Source: Mobula hypostoma
Taxonomy: Eukaryota
Direction: 5' to 3'
DNA: 64,000 bases
Assembly: GCF_963921235.1 (NCBI RefSeq)
Contig: NC_086097.1
Span: 81,656,001 to 81,720,000 of the forward strand
This document shows, piece by piece, positions 34,308 through 47,276 of this stretch (position 1 is its first letter; every line of letters starts with the position of its first letter). Position numbers and translations under genes: made by a program. The notes below the pieces were generated by a model. That model made no database searches, was not told the origin of the DNA, and saw only the letters and a program-made list of their open reading frames with translations.

Positions 34308-37300
34308 AACACTTAATTCCTCAATCTTTCTAATATTTATCTCCACATTAAAAATTTCCAGTGATCTAGCCTCCAGCACCCTCAGTGGCAAAAATTCTTC
34401 GGTTTCTGCAGAAATTATGACAAAATTCAGTTTTAAGTGGCCAGCTTCTTATTTTACAACAACGTCCGTTTGTTCATCTCTCTCTTACTGGTGGAAGCAC
34501 CTCAACATTTACCCTGGCAAGCCTGCTAAGGAACTTATGTTCAATTAGGTTTACTGCTCATTTTTCGAAACTCCAAGAAATCCAACGCAATGCTGGAATA
34601 TTTCAACTAATTTATTTCCAGGATTTGGATGCCATTGGCAATACTGCCAGTTCATGTCATCCTCAACTGCCCCCAGAATTAAGAAGGCAGTTCAGCATCC
34701 ACTACAATGCTACCTGGAGTGCCAGGAACATGGATGAGAATTTCAGCAAAGAAGTGGGAATAAGGAGATGGTCAATGTTGTAAAAGTTACAATTTTTGTA
34801 GTGGGGATTTACAAACACAAGAGAATTTGAATACACTAATCTTTATTTTTGTTCAAGGTTAACAGATGAGACTGGAAAGTTATGTCAAAGACAAATGAAA
34901 ATAATAGCAGCTGGTTATGGGCCATATGGTGTCTAAACATACACTGGATATAAAAAAGCATAATTTGTAATCATTATTGAGGTGCACTTTTAAAATATGC
35001 TGTTGTGCCAATGTGATGTTATCACTCTGAGAACTTCTAAATTACTGCAAGGTTTGTCAAACATGATTTTCAGAGCATGTATTGTCACCAGATTGGAAAT
35101 ACTGTATACCACAGCAAAAGTATATAACAACACATTCATAGACAAAATTGCAGCTGAATAGTTCTTGGTGGAAATTCCTTGGAATGCATTCAGATGGTTG
35201 TGATCAGGCAAGTTGATTAAGTATATAGCTTATACTCTCCAAATCTCATTCAATGTGTCAGGCAAGTTTTAAAACATCTTAGAAAGCAATTATTAGCAGG
35301 CAGAAGGATTGTCGGAGGCAGGTGAGAACTTTTTTAGAACAAAATTTTATTTGTTGTCTGAATATTTTCTAATTTTGATAGCAAAGGACAAGAGAAATGA
35401 AAGTATGGTTAACCCATGAGAACTGAAACACGTCGAATGCAGAGCTCATGATACAAGCTGAATGCATTTTTGTTGTCACCTGCTTGGCATTCACTGGCTG
35501 CTCTCGGTGAAAGTAAAATGATACCCCTAATATTTAAGAAGTGAAATCTCAAAGTATCTTGGTTAGGGAGGTCATTGCCTTTCTTTTTAATGTGACTACA
35601 ACTGCTTAACACTTTTGAGAGTTCGTTGCTTTTAATGATGATATGTTAACACAAGAACATAAATTATAAAAGTAGCCCATTTAACTCCTTGGCCTGCCCA
35701 GCCATTTAATAAGATCATGGTTAATCTTTCCTACAGCAATCCCAAAAGATCTCAATTCCCTTAACACTTAACATCTATCAATCTTTACTTTGAATATAAA
35801 CAAAAGTCTCCAATTGGGTAGGAAATTCCCAGCATTCAGCACCACCTGAAATGATTTCCTTTCATTTTGGCACTGGATAGCCAACCTTTCTTATTGGGGA
35901 GGGGGAGGGGGAGGGATGGGACCCACCTCATGGGAGAACAACAGGCAGAACAATTAGAACAATACCAGAATGAATTAGTCTGGAATCTGAGCAGACTGAG
36001 AGGAAATGGGTTAAGGCCCAGCAGCAGGCAGCTCACTTGGCAGCAGTCGTGGAATAACTGTTGGGGTAAACTGGGAAGTGCTGGACCAGGGGATTGACAA
36101 ATGGGAAATTGCCCACAAACAGGAGACCCGGCACTGCCTATTGAAATGGCATCCACAGAGACCAGGCAATGGCAGGCTCAAAACTCTGATAATTCCAGCC
36201 AGCCCCTCACACTCAACACCACCACCCACAGGCCTTATGCCAGGGGAAAAGCAGAGTGTCCTATCTGAATCACCCTCACTTTAAGTTGCACATGGCAATG
36301 ATGAACTTTGGCACAAATTAGAAGAAATGACTAAAGGCCTCCGGGTGCATCCCAAAGACATACGTGCACTGGTTAAAGATAAATATGTAAGACAGTATGA
36401 CCTCAAGGGTGCAGGATGGAACATAGGCAACTGATGGGAATGCCAATAATGTGGAAAGATATTGGAACTTTAAGGAAGTGAGGCAGAGACTGGGAGGAGA
36501 GGGTAACTGGGAAAAGATAATGTCAGTTATTCAGAGAGCTGACGAACTTGGCTTTCGCTATGCAGAGTGAAAAACACCAGGCCTATGAGGAATATTCAGG
36601 ACTGGGCAATACAGGGAAGGATGAGCCAGTCTTCCTGAAATTGCTCAAGGAAGGTCAGCCCACCAGGAGTTTTTAAACTTGGAACAACTGTGGGATACAA
36701 ACACTCCACAACTTCATGGACTGGGGAAATAGACCTGAAAAGAGGGGAGAAGGGTTGTAATGGCTGAAGAGGATATAGCTGCTGTAAGGACACAGAGGAT
36801 TTGCTTTGTGTGCCAGAAACAGGAGCATCTCACATAGGACTACGAGAACAGACACAGAAGAGCAAAGGAGGTGGTTTGTTACAGCTGTGGGCTCTCAGGC
36901 CATGGTCAGGAGCAATATCACAAGGAGGAAAGGAGGTGTGATAGCTACCCACCAAGACAGGCAGAAACTGCAGCAGAATCTTCACTACCCACCTTGACTG
37001 CTGACCAGATTGTAGAACTGGTAAAGACAGCACCCAAGTCAGCCGAACAGCTATTGGTAGCCCCCATTAGTACTGGTCATCCATGAATATAAACAAGAAC
37101 TTTGCTAAGAGGTCAACAATGTGATATGTTAGGAGACACAGGAACTTCAGCATCCATAATTGACCTACTCTTGCCCATAACTGGATGGGCTATTTATCTT
37201 ACAGGTGTAGGAAGCAAAACAATGAGGGAAAAGAAAAGTGAGCCTCAGATATTTGAGCAACATACATCAAAGTTGCTGGTGAACGCAGCAGGCCAGGCAG

Positions 37301-37319
37301 CATCTATAGGAAGAGGCGC

Positions 37320-37355
37320 AGTCGACGTTTCAGGCCGAGACCCTTCGTCAGGACT
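37320..37355 (-). ncRNA. Minimal type I hammerhead ribozyme
   Basis: Identical to 11403-11438. Confidence 0.9.
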
Positions 37356-38477
37356 AACTGAAGGAAGAGTGAGTAAGGGATTTGAAAGCTGGAGGGGGAG
37401 GGGGAGATGCAAAATGATAGGAGAAGACAGGAGGGGGAGGGATAGAGCCGAGAGCTGGACAGGTGATAGGCAAAAGGGGATACGAGAGGATCATGGGACA
37501 GGAGGTCCGGGAAGAAAGAAGGGGGGGGGTGACCCAGAGGATGGGCAAGAGGTATATTCAGAGGGACAGAGGGAGAAAAAGGAGAGTGAGAGAAAGAATG
37601 TGTGCATTAAAAAGAGTAACAGATGGACTTCCGCCACCTCCAATGGGATCCCACCACTAAGCATATCTTTCCCTCCCCGCCTCTCTCTGCATTCCGCAGG
37701 GATCGCTCCCTACACAACTCCCTTGTCCATTCGTCCCCCCCATCCCTCCCCACTGATCTCCCTCCTGGCACTTATCCGTGTAAGCGGAACAAGTGCTACA
37801 CATGCCCTTACACTTCTTCCCTTACCACCATTCAGGGCCCCAAACAGTCCTTCCAGGTGAGGCATCACTTCACCTGTGAGTCGACTGGGGTGATATACTG
37901 CGGCCGGTGCTCCCGATGTGGCCTTTTATATATTGGTGAGACCCGACGCAGACTGGGAGACCGCTTTGCTGAACATCTACGCTCTGTCCGCCAGAGAAAG
38001 CAGGATCTCCCAGTGGCCACACATTTTAATTCCACATCCCATTCCCATTCTGACATGTCTATCCACGGCCTCCTCTACTGTAAAGATGAAGCCACACTCA
38101 GGTTGGAGGAACAACACCTTATATTCCGTCTGGGTAGCCTCCAACCTGATGGCATGAACATTGACTTCTCTAACTTCCGCTAGGCCCCACCTCCCCCTCG
38201 TACCCCATCTGTTACTCTTTTTAATGCACACATTCTTTCTCTCACTCTCCTTTTTCTCCCTCTGTCCCTCTGAATATACCTCTTGCCCATCCTCTGGGTC
38301 ACCCCCCCCCCCGTCTTTCTTCCCGGACCTCCTGTCCCATGATCCTCTCGTATCCCCTTCTGCCTATCACCTGTCCAGCTCTCGGCTCTATCCCTCCCCC
38401 TCCTGTCTTCTCCTATCATTTTGCATCTCCCCCTCCCCCTCCAGCTTTCAAATCCCTTACTCACTCTTCCTTCAGTT

Positions 38478-38513
38478 AGTCCTGACGAAGGGTCTCGGCC
38501 TGAAACGTCGACT
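38478..38513 (+). ncRNA. Minimal type I hammerhead ribozyme
   Basis: agtc ctgacga agggtctcggcct gaaa cg tc gact. Confidence 0.9.
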
Positions 38514-39337
38514 GCGCCTCTTCCTATAGATGCTGCCTGGCCTGCTGCGTTCACCAGCAACTTTGATGTATGTTGCTTGAATTTCCAGCATCTGCAGAAT
38601 TCCTGTTGTTCTCAGATATTTGAGATAGACGGAGTGCGCTTTTCAGTCGATTTCTGTGTATGTTCTAATAATGAAGGTACTGTCATAGATTGAGGGATAG
38701 GTCAGATTACATGGATAAGTCAGGGCCAACAAACAAGCATGATTCTCAGAACAGACAACATGGCCACAGCAGTCCCGATCAGCGAGGACTGGAGTCAGGA
38801 TGAGGATGTCGTTTCTAGATTATGTCATGTGATCCAAGGGACACAGGCTGAATACAAACCAGATTGTGAAACAATCAGAATAGACGCAATTAGAGCAGAA
38901 CAACCACATAACCCCTCACACTCTCAAGTGGAAGCAAAGGTCTGGAGTAAAGGATGGTCCAAGAAGGTCAAGTTGATCTAAAATAACACACATTGCCCAA
39001 GACTATAAAACCAACAAGTCATATAATCAAAATTCTACGGATCAGATCTGAATTTGAGAAAACTCAGAAGATGTTGGATTTTTAGTTGATGTGTGGATAA
39101 TTTAATGCTTGCTGGTCTATGATCAATAATTGCAGCCTTCTTTGTTTCGAAGTCTTAAGGCCTAAGATTCTGGAACATGGTTGTAGACGTGTGTTTTAAG
39201 GTGTTTTGCTGAATGTTTAACCTTTGAGCAAATGTACCCAAAATATGAATGGTTTGAGCATGGAAAACATTACTTGAGATGTGCTCACATGTGAGGCGAA
39301 GGAGAGACAAAGAGAGACGGAGAGGGGGAGGGACACT

Positions 39338-39355
39338 TGCACGCGTGCGCGTGCG

Positions 39356-39398
<43 letters not shown>
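39338..39398. repeat. (GC/GT)n-(CA)n alternating purine-pyrimidine tract
   Basis: Visible directly in the sequence. Confidence 0.9.
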
Positions 39399-39402
<4 letters not shown>

Positions 39403-39739
39403 AAAATGGTTGTGTGATCAAAAGGGTGGAATACCACATAAAATACTGGGAGGAAACAGCAAGTAAATGAGATTGAATGGAAGGCAAAGCCAACAGTTTT
39501 GGTTTCGGTCTTTAACATTTATCCTTGCAAACAAACTTCACAGGCAAGACATGGGCCATCAGAACTTTAGCATAGACCAGAGACTTATCTGTCTCAGAAT
39601 CTTAGCATAGAAAAGATGGAAGATGATGTCTACAGACTTGAAATACTTAGAAACAAGTGTTTTGTGGATCCACGGGGCAGGGTGAAAGTCAATTATTCGA
39701 GTAGGCGAAGCAACTTCAAGAGATAGCTGTGCTGGCGCG

Positions 39740-40432
39740 CTGCAAAATCGACACAGATAGAGAGTTGGAGTGAGCAATTCGTAGAGGAGAATTGTGACAG
39801 AAGTTTGATCCCATCCAACTAACCCAGGTGCGAGATCAGACTGCTCTAAGTGTCGAGCTGATTTGGAGAGACCGAGAATGGCTTCTTCGGCAGCGAAATC
39901 TAGGCCTGAAGTGAATCACTGGGTGGTGTGTTCTAGGCCCAGAGCAATTTGCTGCAGTAGTGCCTGGGTCCTAATGTGAGGCATGATCTGCTGTTTGGAC
40001 AATTTAAACGCTGGCCCAGATAGACTGGAAAAGCAGGGGGTCAAGAGACGCGCCGATTTCTCTCGCTCTCCCGCGACGTTTACTCCTCTCTCCATAGAAT
40101 TGAGGCTGTGAGTCTGCCCCTGGCTGCTGTGCTTCGTGTCTGCAAACTTTGCGGTGATTTGCCCCACTAATATGACGAACTAATACTAAGGTTTTGGGCC
40201 TGCTCCGAGGATTTGGATCCAAGGACTCAGTTTGGTTCTTTTGTTGTTGCTGCTCGCTTCTATTGTTTGCATGGAATGTGTTTTTTCCCTCTTCCTATGC
40301 ACCTTTTATTTTTGGCTTCTTTTTATGTTTTAATTGGGTTCTTTTGGGTTTCTTGCTTTGTGGCTGCTTGCAAGCAGACAAATCTCAAGGCTGTATAATT
40401 AATACATTCTTTGATAATAAATGTACTTTGAA
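39740..40432 (+). mobile_element. Non-autonomous retroposon with Rex1-like tail
   Basis: Tail aatctcaaggctgtata..tttgataataaatgtactttgaa, shared with the LINE ending at about 44460. Confidence 0.55.
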
Positions 40433-42948
40433 TCAAGGCTGGCCTCACTTTACAAAGTTTTATCTTCCTTGCCTGCTCATAAGAAAAGTAAACCACCCAT
40501 TCCTTACAGCAAACACCATGTACTTTGTGATACATTTAAAAAGCAAATGCTCAAATATGAAGAAAATCAACAGTAGGTAGGGCAGCAGCCAGCCACAAAG
40601 CTCATAGTCCCCACTATCTTTTTCAGCTTAAATTACAATATACCAACACTGCTCTATGCAGACTGCAGCAAAAAATCAGTATAACATTTCTCCAGGTAAC
40701 CACAGTACTTCCCATTATTAAGATCACAGTTCCTACAAAACAGAGCCTAACTACAAGAAATGTCACAGGAAATTTGACTACACACTATGTACTTACATCA
40801 GAACAAAACAAAACTCTTATCATATATTTACTTTTATGACGCACTCTCTTTGATAGCCAGGTGCCAGGTATTTGCATTGACCGCTCTACTTGTTTAAAAT
40901 TTGGTTAGCTTCAGGTAACATACCACAAGACTCTTACGTTTTGACATGAATTTTTGCCTCAATGTATTTCCGTGAAAGGCACAACAGTACTTCTGCAATC
41001 ATCACTATGCGACATTAACAATATGTCACAGTAATGAAGGGTTAACTTGTATAGAACGAAGTAGAACATGTTATTCTTAACATATAGGGTTATCCACTTC
41101 CCGTATTATTCAGGCAAAATGGTTCTCAGTCCACATCTAGAAATGGTGCATATTGTGCCTTAAGACACCAAAGGCACTTCCAACCACCACCCCCACCCAC
41201 AGGCTGGGAGTGAAAGATTAGAACTGAAAGTGACTTCTGTCACACTGCTGCATGTTTTATGGTGTTTGAACACTTGTAACAGGGCTTTTGTGCAAGATTT
41301 AATTAACTCTTCATCCGGGGAACTTATTTGTAACCAATGCAATTGTATGTGTAGCCTTAAGCATTTTTAAGAATTCGGTCAAGTCACAGAGCATAGACAT
41401 TCAGAAGAGTGTGTACAGAGACTTGCATAAGGAGGGACATTTTATACATAAATGGACAACTTAGACACAGCCTAAAGCACTTTGTGATGATTGCCATTGA
41501 GTTAGCACATTCCCCCAGTGGCCCTCAGTTACATAATGGCCCGGTACTGATTAGAACACCAGATTCTTCTGATATGCTGGTGTCTCTGGAGGCATTCACA
41601 TAAGGTTTGTTAAAGTATCCACCTTGCAAGATAATGCAAACTGAATGATCTTTGGCACCAACTCAATTCTGCACAGCCCAGGTTTGCTGGAGCCTATACG
41701 GGTTTGCACAAGGTGGTAGCGCATTCTGTACAACCAACCAGATGCAAAACCCCAGGTCAACCAAGATAAAACTAGATCGCAGATGTAAAAGCTCAGCCTT
41801 ATGTTCCCTTCTCATTACTTTACAGAATAAATCAGAAGTAACTGTGAAAACAAAAACAAGTGGGTGGTCAATGCCACACAGCTGAGGAACTAAATTGAAT
41901 TTTCTGCAACTGAAGTAATAATGAGCCATTGTTGACAGCAATACATATAACTTTGAAGAAAAGAGAACATTTATCCAAAGTAATAATTGCAGGATACAGG
42001 AAAAGAACAAGAGATGAGACCAACTGGATGGCTCCTTAAGGATGACAATGAGTTGAATGGTCTCTTACAGTGTCACACTATACAGAGATAGTTTGTATTT
42101 GATTTACCTGACCAATAAACTATTAATTTTAATGAAAATTTGATTGACTTACATAGATCTCCAGTATCATTTCCACATGGCAGGATAATTGTACTTTCCT
42201 CCTCTCCAAACACAGTACCAATTACTGTGATGCTCATCTTGGGGCACTTGGCGCTGGAGTCCCAAAACCCTCAAGTTGAAAACACCAATCAAAGATCCCC
42301 ACCATCAGGCAGACTGTGCCCTGCACTTTGACGTACTCCCTCATGGGTCAGTGTGAAAGGCTGTCCATGAGGGCTGAGGACAAGTGGGACTGCACAGCTA
42401 CTCACCACTGAGGTACTAAGTTCAGTCCGCACCCTTTCCAGCAACAAGTGTAAGCCATTGGTATGGGACTGACACCACCCAGATCCTACAGTGCCTCCCT
42501 ATCAGCTAGGCTAATTCTCTATGACAGGGAGAACTATGCGGCCAAACGGGCAGGAACCAGCAGCTCCCATTACCTCAGGGTGACTGAAAGATCTAGAAAG
42601 GCTGTCAAAACAAGAAGGAAATGCTGCCAGTCCATGACAACCTTGTGTCCCGAGCCTCAGTGCTGACCAGCCATATCATTCACACCAGCCCTTACAAGCA
42701 ACCTTCTCACACCCATCTGTGGTGCATTTCACTGCTGAGTTCATAACAGCTTCCTAACGCTTCTGCACTGCACCTCTATATGTAACACCATATCAACACT
42801 AGAGTACTATAATAATACTACAATAAGACCTTTTAGTGCTGATACTATTATTCTGAGCAGCCTATCCTGAACATGAAGTAAGATTCATCTCAGACTGGAG
42901 GTAGAGTAGTTTAAATCCCATGTACTATGGGAATGGACGCCTACTTAC

Positions 42949-43059
42949 ATGGACAAACTTCTGATCATTTATTTTTCTGCTCAATACCAGCATTACCATT
43001 TCAAGCAGCCAGCGTTAGGTCCATGTAGATCGGTCAGATACACTGTAAAGCTTCTGGTC
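42949..43059 (-). other. Putative non-coding exon of the host transcript
   Basis: cttttactacag| acceptor and CAT|GTAAGT donor; stops in all three frames. Confidence 0.5.
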
Positions 43060-43131
43060 CTGTAGTAAAAGCACCCACATTAATAATGCAGCAACATCAC
43101 GTGAATGTTACCCCTACCAATATACACTTGC

Positions 43132-43289
43132 CTTCCGAGCAATTGACATGCTCTTTCTTTCTGATTCACCAGCATCACTTTTGATCATTACCCACAGGAT
43201 ATTGAAAGTCAGCAGACTTTTTTTCTGCACATCTTCAACATTTGGTGTAATATTCTCTCCAGAATATATTCATAATGTTGTAGTTCCCA
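43132..43289 (-). other. Putative non-coding exon with a GC donor
   Basis: tttttttttatactcag| acceptor and AAG|GCAAGT donor; stops in all three frames. Confidence 0.45.
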
Positions 43290-43619
43290 CTGAGTATAAA
43301 AAAAAATTACTAAAATAAAATGATTGTGTAATAGGCATTTCTCATTCCCCAGGCAACACGTCCTAGTACTAATTCCAGTTTAATGCTAGTTAGGGAAACG
43401 GTTGGTATACAAGCATTCAGCAAAGTTGAAATCCAAAAGTAAATCTTAAACTTCATCATTTCTGCATAGGCAGCTGCGCCACATTTTTGGTCACATGCTT
43501 TGGCCCTCTGTGAGGCACCCTCTCAACTATTGTTTGATGTAACCTTGTGAGGTACCCTGAATCACGTCATTACATTGAAGCCTCTTAAATACATGTTGTT
43601 GTTAAATCCATGCGGATAA

Positions 43620-44462
43620 AAAGCAGCGAGGAGGAAACTAGAGGCCCATGAACCAGTCCTCATCAGAAGATCAGAGATGGAGATGGTCAGCAATTTTAAA
43701 TTCCTTGGTGTTAGCGTTCTGAGGAACTGTCCTGGGTCCAACGTGTAAGTGCAGTTACGAAGAAAGCACACAACATCTGTACTTCCTTAGAAGTTTGCAA
43801 AGATTTGGGGTAACATTTAAAGCTTTGACAAACTTCTATACATGCGTGGTGGAGAGTACATCGACTAGCTGTATCACAGCCTGCTATGGAAAGACCAATG
43901 CCCTTGAATGGAAAAGCCTACAAAAAGTAGTGGATACAGCCCAGTCCATCATGGATAAGGCCTCCCCCATCTTGAGCACATCTACACAGAGTGTTGTTGC
44001 AGAAAAGCAGCATCCATCATCAGGGATCCTCACCACCCAGGTCATGCTCTCTTCCTGCTGCTGCATCAGGAAGGTGGTACGGGAGACTCAGGACTCACAC
44101 CACCAAGTTCAGGAACAGTTGTTACCCCTCAACCATCTTGCTCTTGAACCAAAGGAGATACCTTCACTCATCTTCACTGGCCCCATCACTGAAATGTTTC
44201 CACAACCCATGGACTCATTTTCAAGGACTCATCATCTCATGTTCTCAATATTTATTGATTATTTATTATTTTTATTATTTCTTCTGTCCTTTTGTATTTG
44301 CACTATTCATTGTGTTTTGCACACTGGTTATATGCCCAGCTGGAGCAATCTTTCATTGATCCTATTATGGTTATTGGATGTATTGAGTATGCCTGGAGAA
44401 AATGAACCTCAGGGTTGGATATGGTGACATATATGTACTTTGATAATAAACTTACTTTGAAT
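43620..44462 (+). mobile_element. Rex1-like LINE 3' fragment
   Basis: FKFLGV, NFYTCVVES...CITACYG, LQKVV, RTHTTKFRNSCYP; aataaacttactttgaa tail. Confidence 0.85.
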
Positions 44463-44660
44463 TTTGGCATACTTCTGGCATGGATCATCTAGTTCTATAT
44501 TATACATCTTGCCAATATTAATACAAGAAATTTTTTTAAATGGCACATTTTTCCAGCAGCCCGCTTAAAATAACAATTGGACAGCGGAGAAAAATTGAGT
44601 GTCAACTTTAAAGATTTCACCATCAAAAGTCAATTCTAAATTTCAATTCAAATAAGAATA

Positions 44661-46192
44661 CAGGTTTCCCGCGCCATCCAAAGGTAGAGCGTTCCTATGA
44701 AACGGTTCGTAAGCCGAAATATCGTAAAGCAAAGAAGCAATTACCATTTATTTATATGGGAAATTTTTGTGAGCGTTCTCAGACCCAAAAATAACCTACC
44801 AAATCATGCCAAATAACACATAAAACCTAAAATAACAGTGACAAATAGTAAAAGCAGGAATGATATGATAAATACACAGCCTATATAAAGTAGAAATATT
44901 TCTCTACAACGATTGCCTGCAGAGATCTCCGTAGCAAAAATCTCACACAAGTGCTCTCGGCAGAAAATCTCACACAAGCGCTGTTGGCATAAACGTGCTC
45001 TCCAGTAACCTTTAAACTATGAAGCTGCCAAATCTACCAAATAACACATAAAAATACACGGCCGATATAAAGTAGAAATAATGTATGTACAGTGTAGTAT
45101 CACTTACTGGAATCGGGAAAACAGCGCTGAGCACACTGACGATGGTGTGTTAGACTGAGTCGTCGCAGGCTGGGTGGTGCAGTGGCCCCCACCCTCTGGG
45201 CTGCCGACCCGATACATTGCCGCGAAGAACGCAGCGGTAGCCGGGAGGCACACAGCACATCGTTAAGAAAAAAGATGAAATAAACATGCTAATTAATTAG
45301 GTGCTGCCCAGCACGTAAATGTCAGCGCAGATCAGAGGCGATTGCCGATTGCATCGCTTCTGATCTGGGCCGACAATTACGTGCTAGGCGGCACCTAATT
45401 AATTAGCATGTTTATTTCGGCTTTTTTCTTAAAGATGTGCTGTGTGCCTCCCGGCTATTGCTGCATTCTTCGAGAATCGGTATAGTATCTGTCCAGGGAC
45501 CGGGTGTTGGGGTGATGGGACACGTGGGTGTCATCTCATCGTCAATCAGGGCAGGCAGCTCATCTTCTCCTATGACTGCCTGCCTCGCTGTCGAAGGTCG
45601 AGGTTCATCATCTGCTGTGGCTGATGTGGAAGGCTTGCTTGACTGCTGAGCCTCGCACATTTTTCTGTCATACAGTTCTTTGTAAGGACTCAAACCATCC
45701 TGCAAATATTCCCTAAACCTACGTACCCTTTCAAAATTAAAGTCGTACTTTATCATTGCAGCGAAAATCTCACACAGTTGCTTCACTTTCTGCATTCGGT
45801 TGCATTCGGTTTTGATTGTTATCCTTTCCTCTTCCAATTGCATCAGCTCTTCATCTATCAGTTCTTGGTCATGGGATGCCAAAACCTCTTCAACATCATC
45901 TTCGTCAACTACCACAAGCCAAACTCACTTTGTCCTTGCTTCATTCACCACGATCAAAACGCTTAATTATGTATAGTTTTACGCTAAGTGTAACACCCTT
46001 ACTCTTTCAGGCTTTTCCAACACCATAGAACTCACCTTGCCAACGACTGCTCAATGCAACATGTTAAAGCAATGCCGTTCCTTCTTCGTAACAGTGAAAA
46101 CACCTTCTGAAAGTGAAAACAGGGTACTATTGTCGGTCTTTCGTAACAGTGAGGTTTCGTAAAGCGAACGTTCGAAAAGCGGGGGACACCTG
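44661..46192 (-). mobile_element. Tigger/pogo-type internally deleted DNA transposon
   Basis: TA|caggtttcccgc ... gcgggggacacctg|TA ends; transposase remnant DEDDVEEVLASHDQEL..Y.ELY. Confidence 0.88.
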
Positions 46193-47276
46193 TATTAAAA
46201 AATGGTTAATTAATAGAAGCGGAATTAAGGGAGTGCCTACAGACAGGGTCAGGGAATTGCATATTGAGCAAATTTCTTGGTCAAAGATGAAACTGCTAGC
46301 AGAGCTCAATCACACCCAGACCAGTCAAGGCACTAAACAGCTGTCAGATTTGAATCCGTACATTGCCCACTCAAATCTACTCTGTTTCAAATCAACTGTC
46401 GGGCAAATGAACTTGAATGGAATAAATGACACTTTAGAGAATTCAGAATCTATGTTGGCATGAAAAATATTCAGCATAATGAGTACGAATATGTTGATCA
46501 CAACTCCACTAAAGAGGCTGCAACCGCGACAAATTAAGACCAGCAACAGAAGGCAAATGAGGAAACAGATCACACTCAGAATAGAACAATAACATGCCCC
46601 TCTCGGCAGAGGGACAGCAACACTGTTTGTCACCAAGGTTCGCACGTCTCCTCTAACAGCAAATACTTTTCCTGATTTTTAATGTAGCAGTGATTATTAT
46701 GTGCTCTGGTGAATATTGCAGCAACTGGAGAAATAGTAAGAAATGAGGATGGATGTCAAGGAATAGGCAGTGATGTTAACAGGCGATGTTGGCCTCAACA
46801 TGGGTTTCTTCCAGCAGCTCTGGCTTTCTCCCACATTCCAAAGATATATGGGTGTGTAGGTTCATTGGACATATGGACGTAATTGCATGGCACAGGCTTG
46901 TTGGGCCAGAAGGCCCTATTACCTTGTTACGTCTCTGTGGAAGAAAATTCAATTTTGAATTAAACTTTATTGTCAAGCCTGACTAGCTACGTATTGCCCA
47001 AGATTTGGGTAATGAGGGTGACAGGATAAGACATGGACTCTGCCTTGTTTGTGCTAGCCAACAATAGTTCATGCCAATAATGAGACATTGCCAACCTTTA
47101 TCTGAGAAACAAAGTGACTTACAACCTGTTTGGCAAAAGGAGGAACTGAATGTGGACACGTAGTTATAATTTTGCGTACTACCCAGAAGCATACATAGAC
47201 TGGCTGATACCAAACAAGTGCTTCTTGAAATCGCTGATCAAATATGTTTAGCTGTTGGCCATTGCCCAAAACTTAC

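Larger units (their letters stand above)
37258..38610. mobile_element. Young truncated PLE with inverted pseudo-LTR
   Basis: Antisense pLTR 37256-37626, then sense GIY-YIG plus 3'UTR 37627-38610; TSD ctcagatatttgag at 37244-37257 and 38611-38624. Confidence 0.95.
35890..38935 (+). mobile_element. Degenerate endogenous retrovirus-like gag-pro-(pol start), interrupted by a PLE
   Basis: MHR-like NWEKIMSVIQ..E..RYAE..AYEEYSG, two zinc-knuckle remnants (CFVCQKQEH, CYSCGLSGH), protease MLGDTGTSASII..LTGVG; frame continues IDGVRFSVDF after the insertion. Confidence 0.65.

Noticed and set aside
37102..37860. 252-aa ORF as a novel fusion gene
   Set aside because: Chance read-through from the decayed ERV protease into the antisense pLTR and an off-frame PLE segment.
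39415..39500. PPT and 3' LTR of the ERV (aaaagggtggaat)
   Set aside because: No TG start and no matching upstream LTR found.
45308..45328. miR-16-like sequence cagcacgtaaat
   Set aside because: Partial match lacking the UAGCAGCA seed context and lying inside a transposon palindrome.
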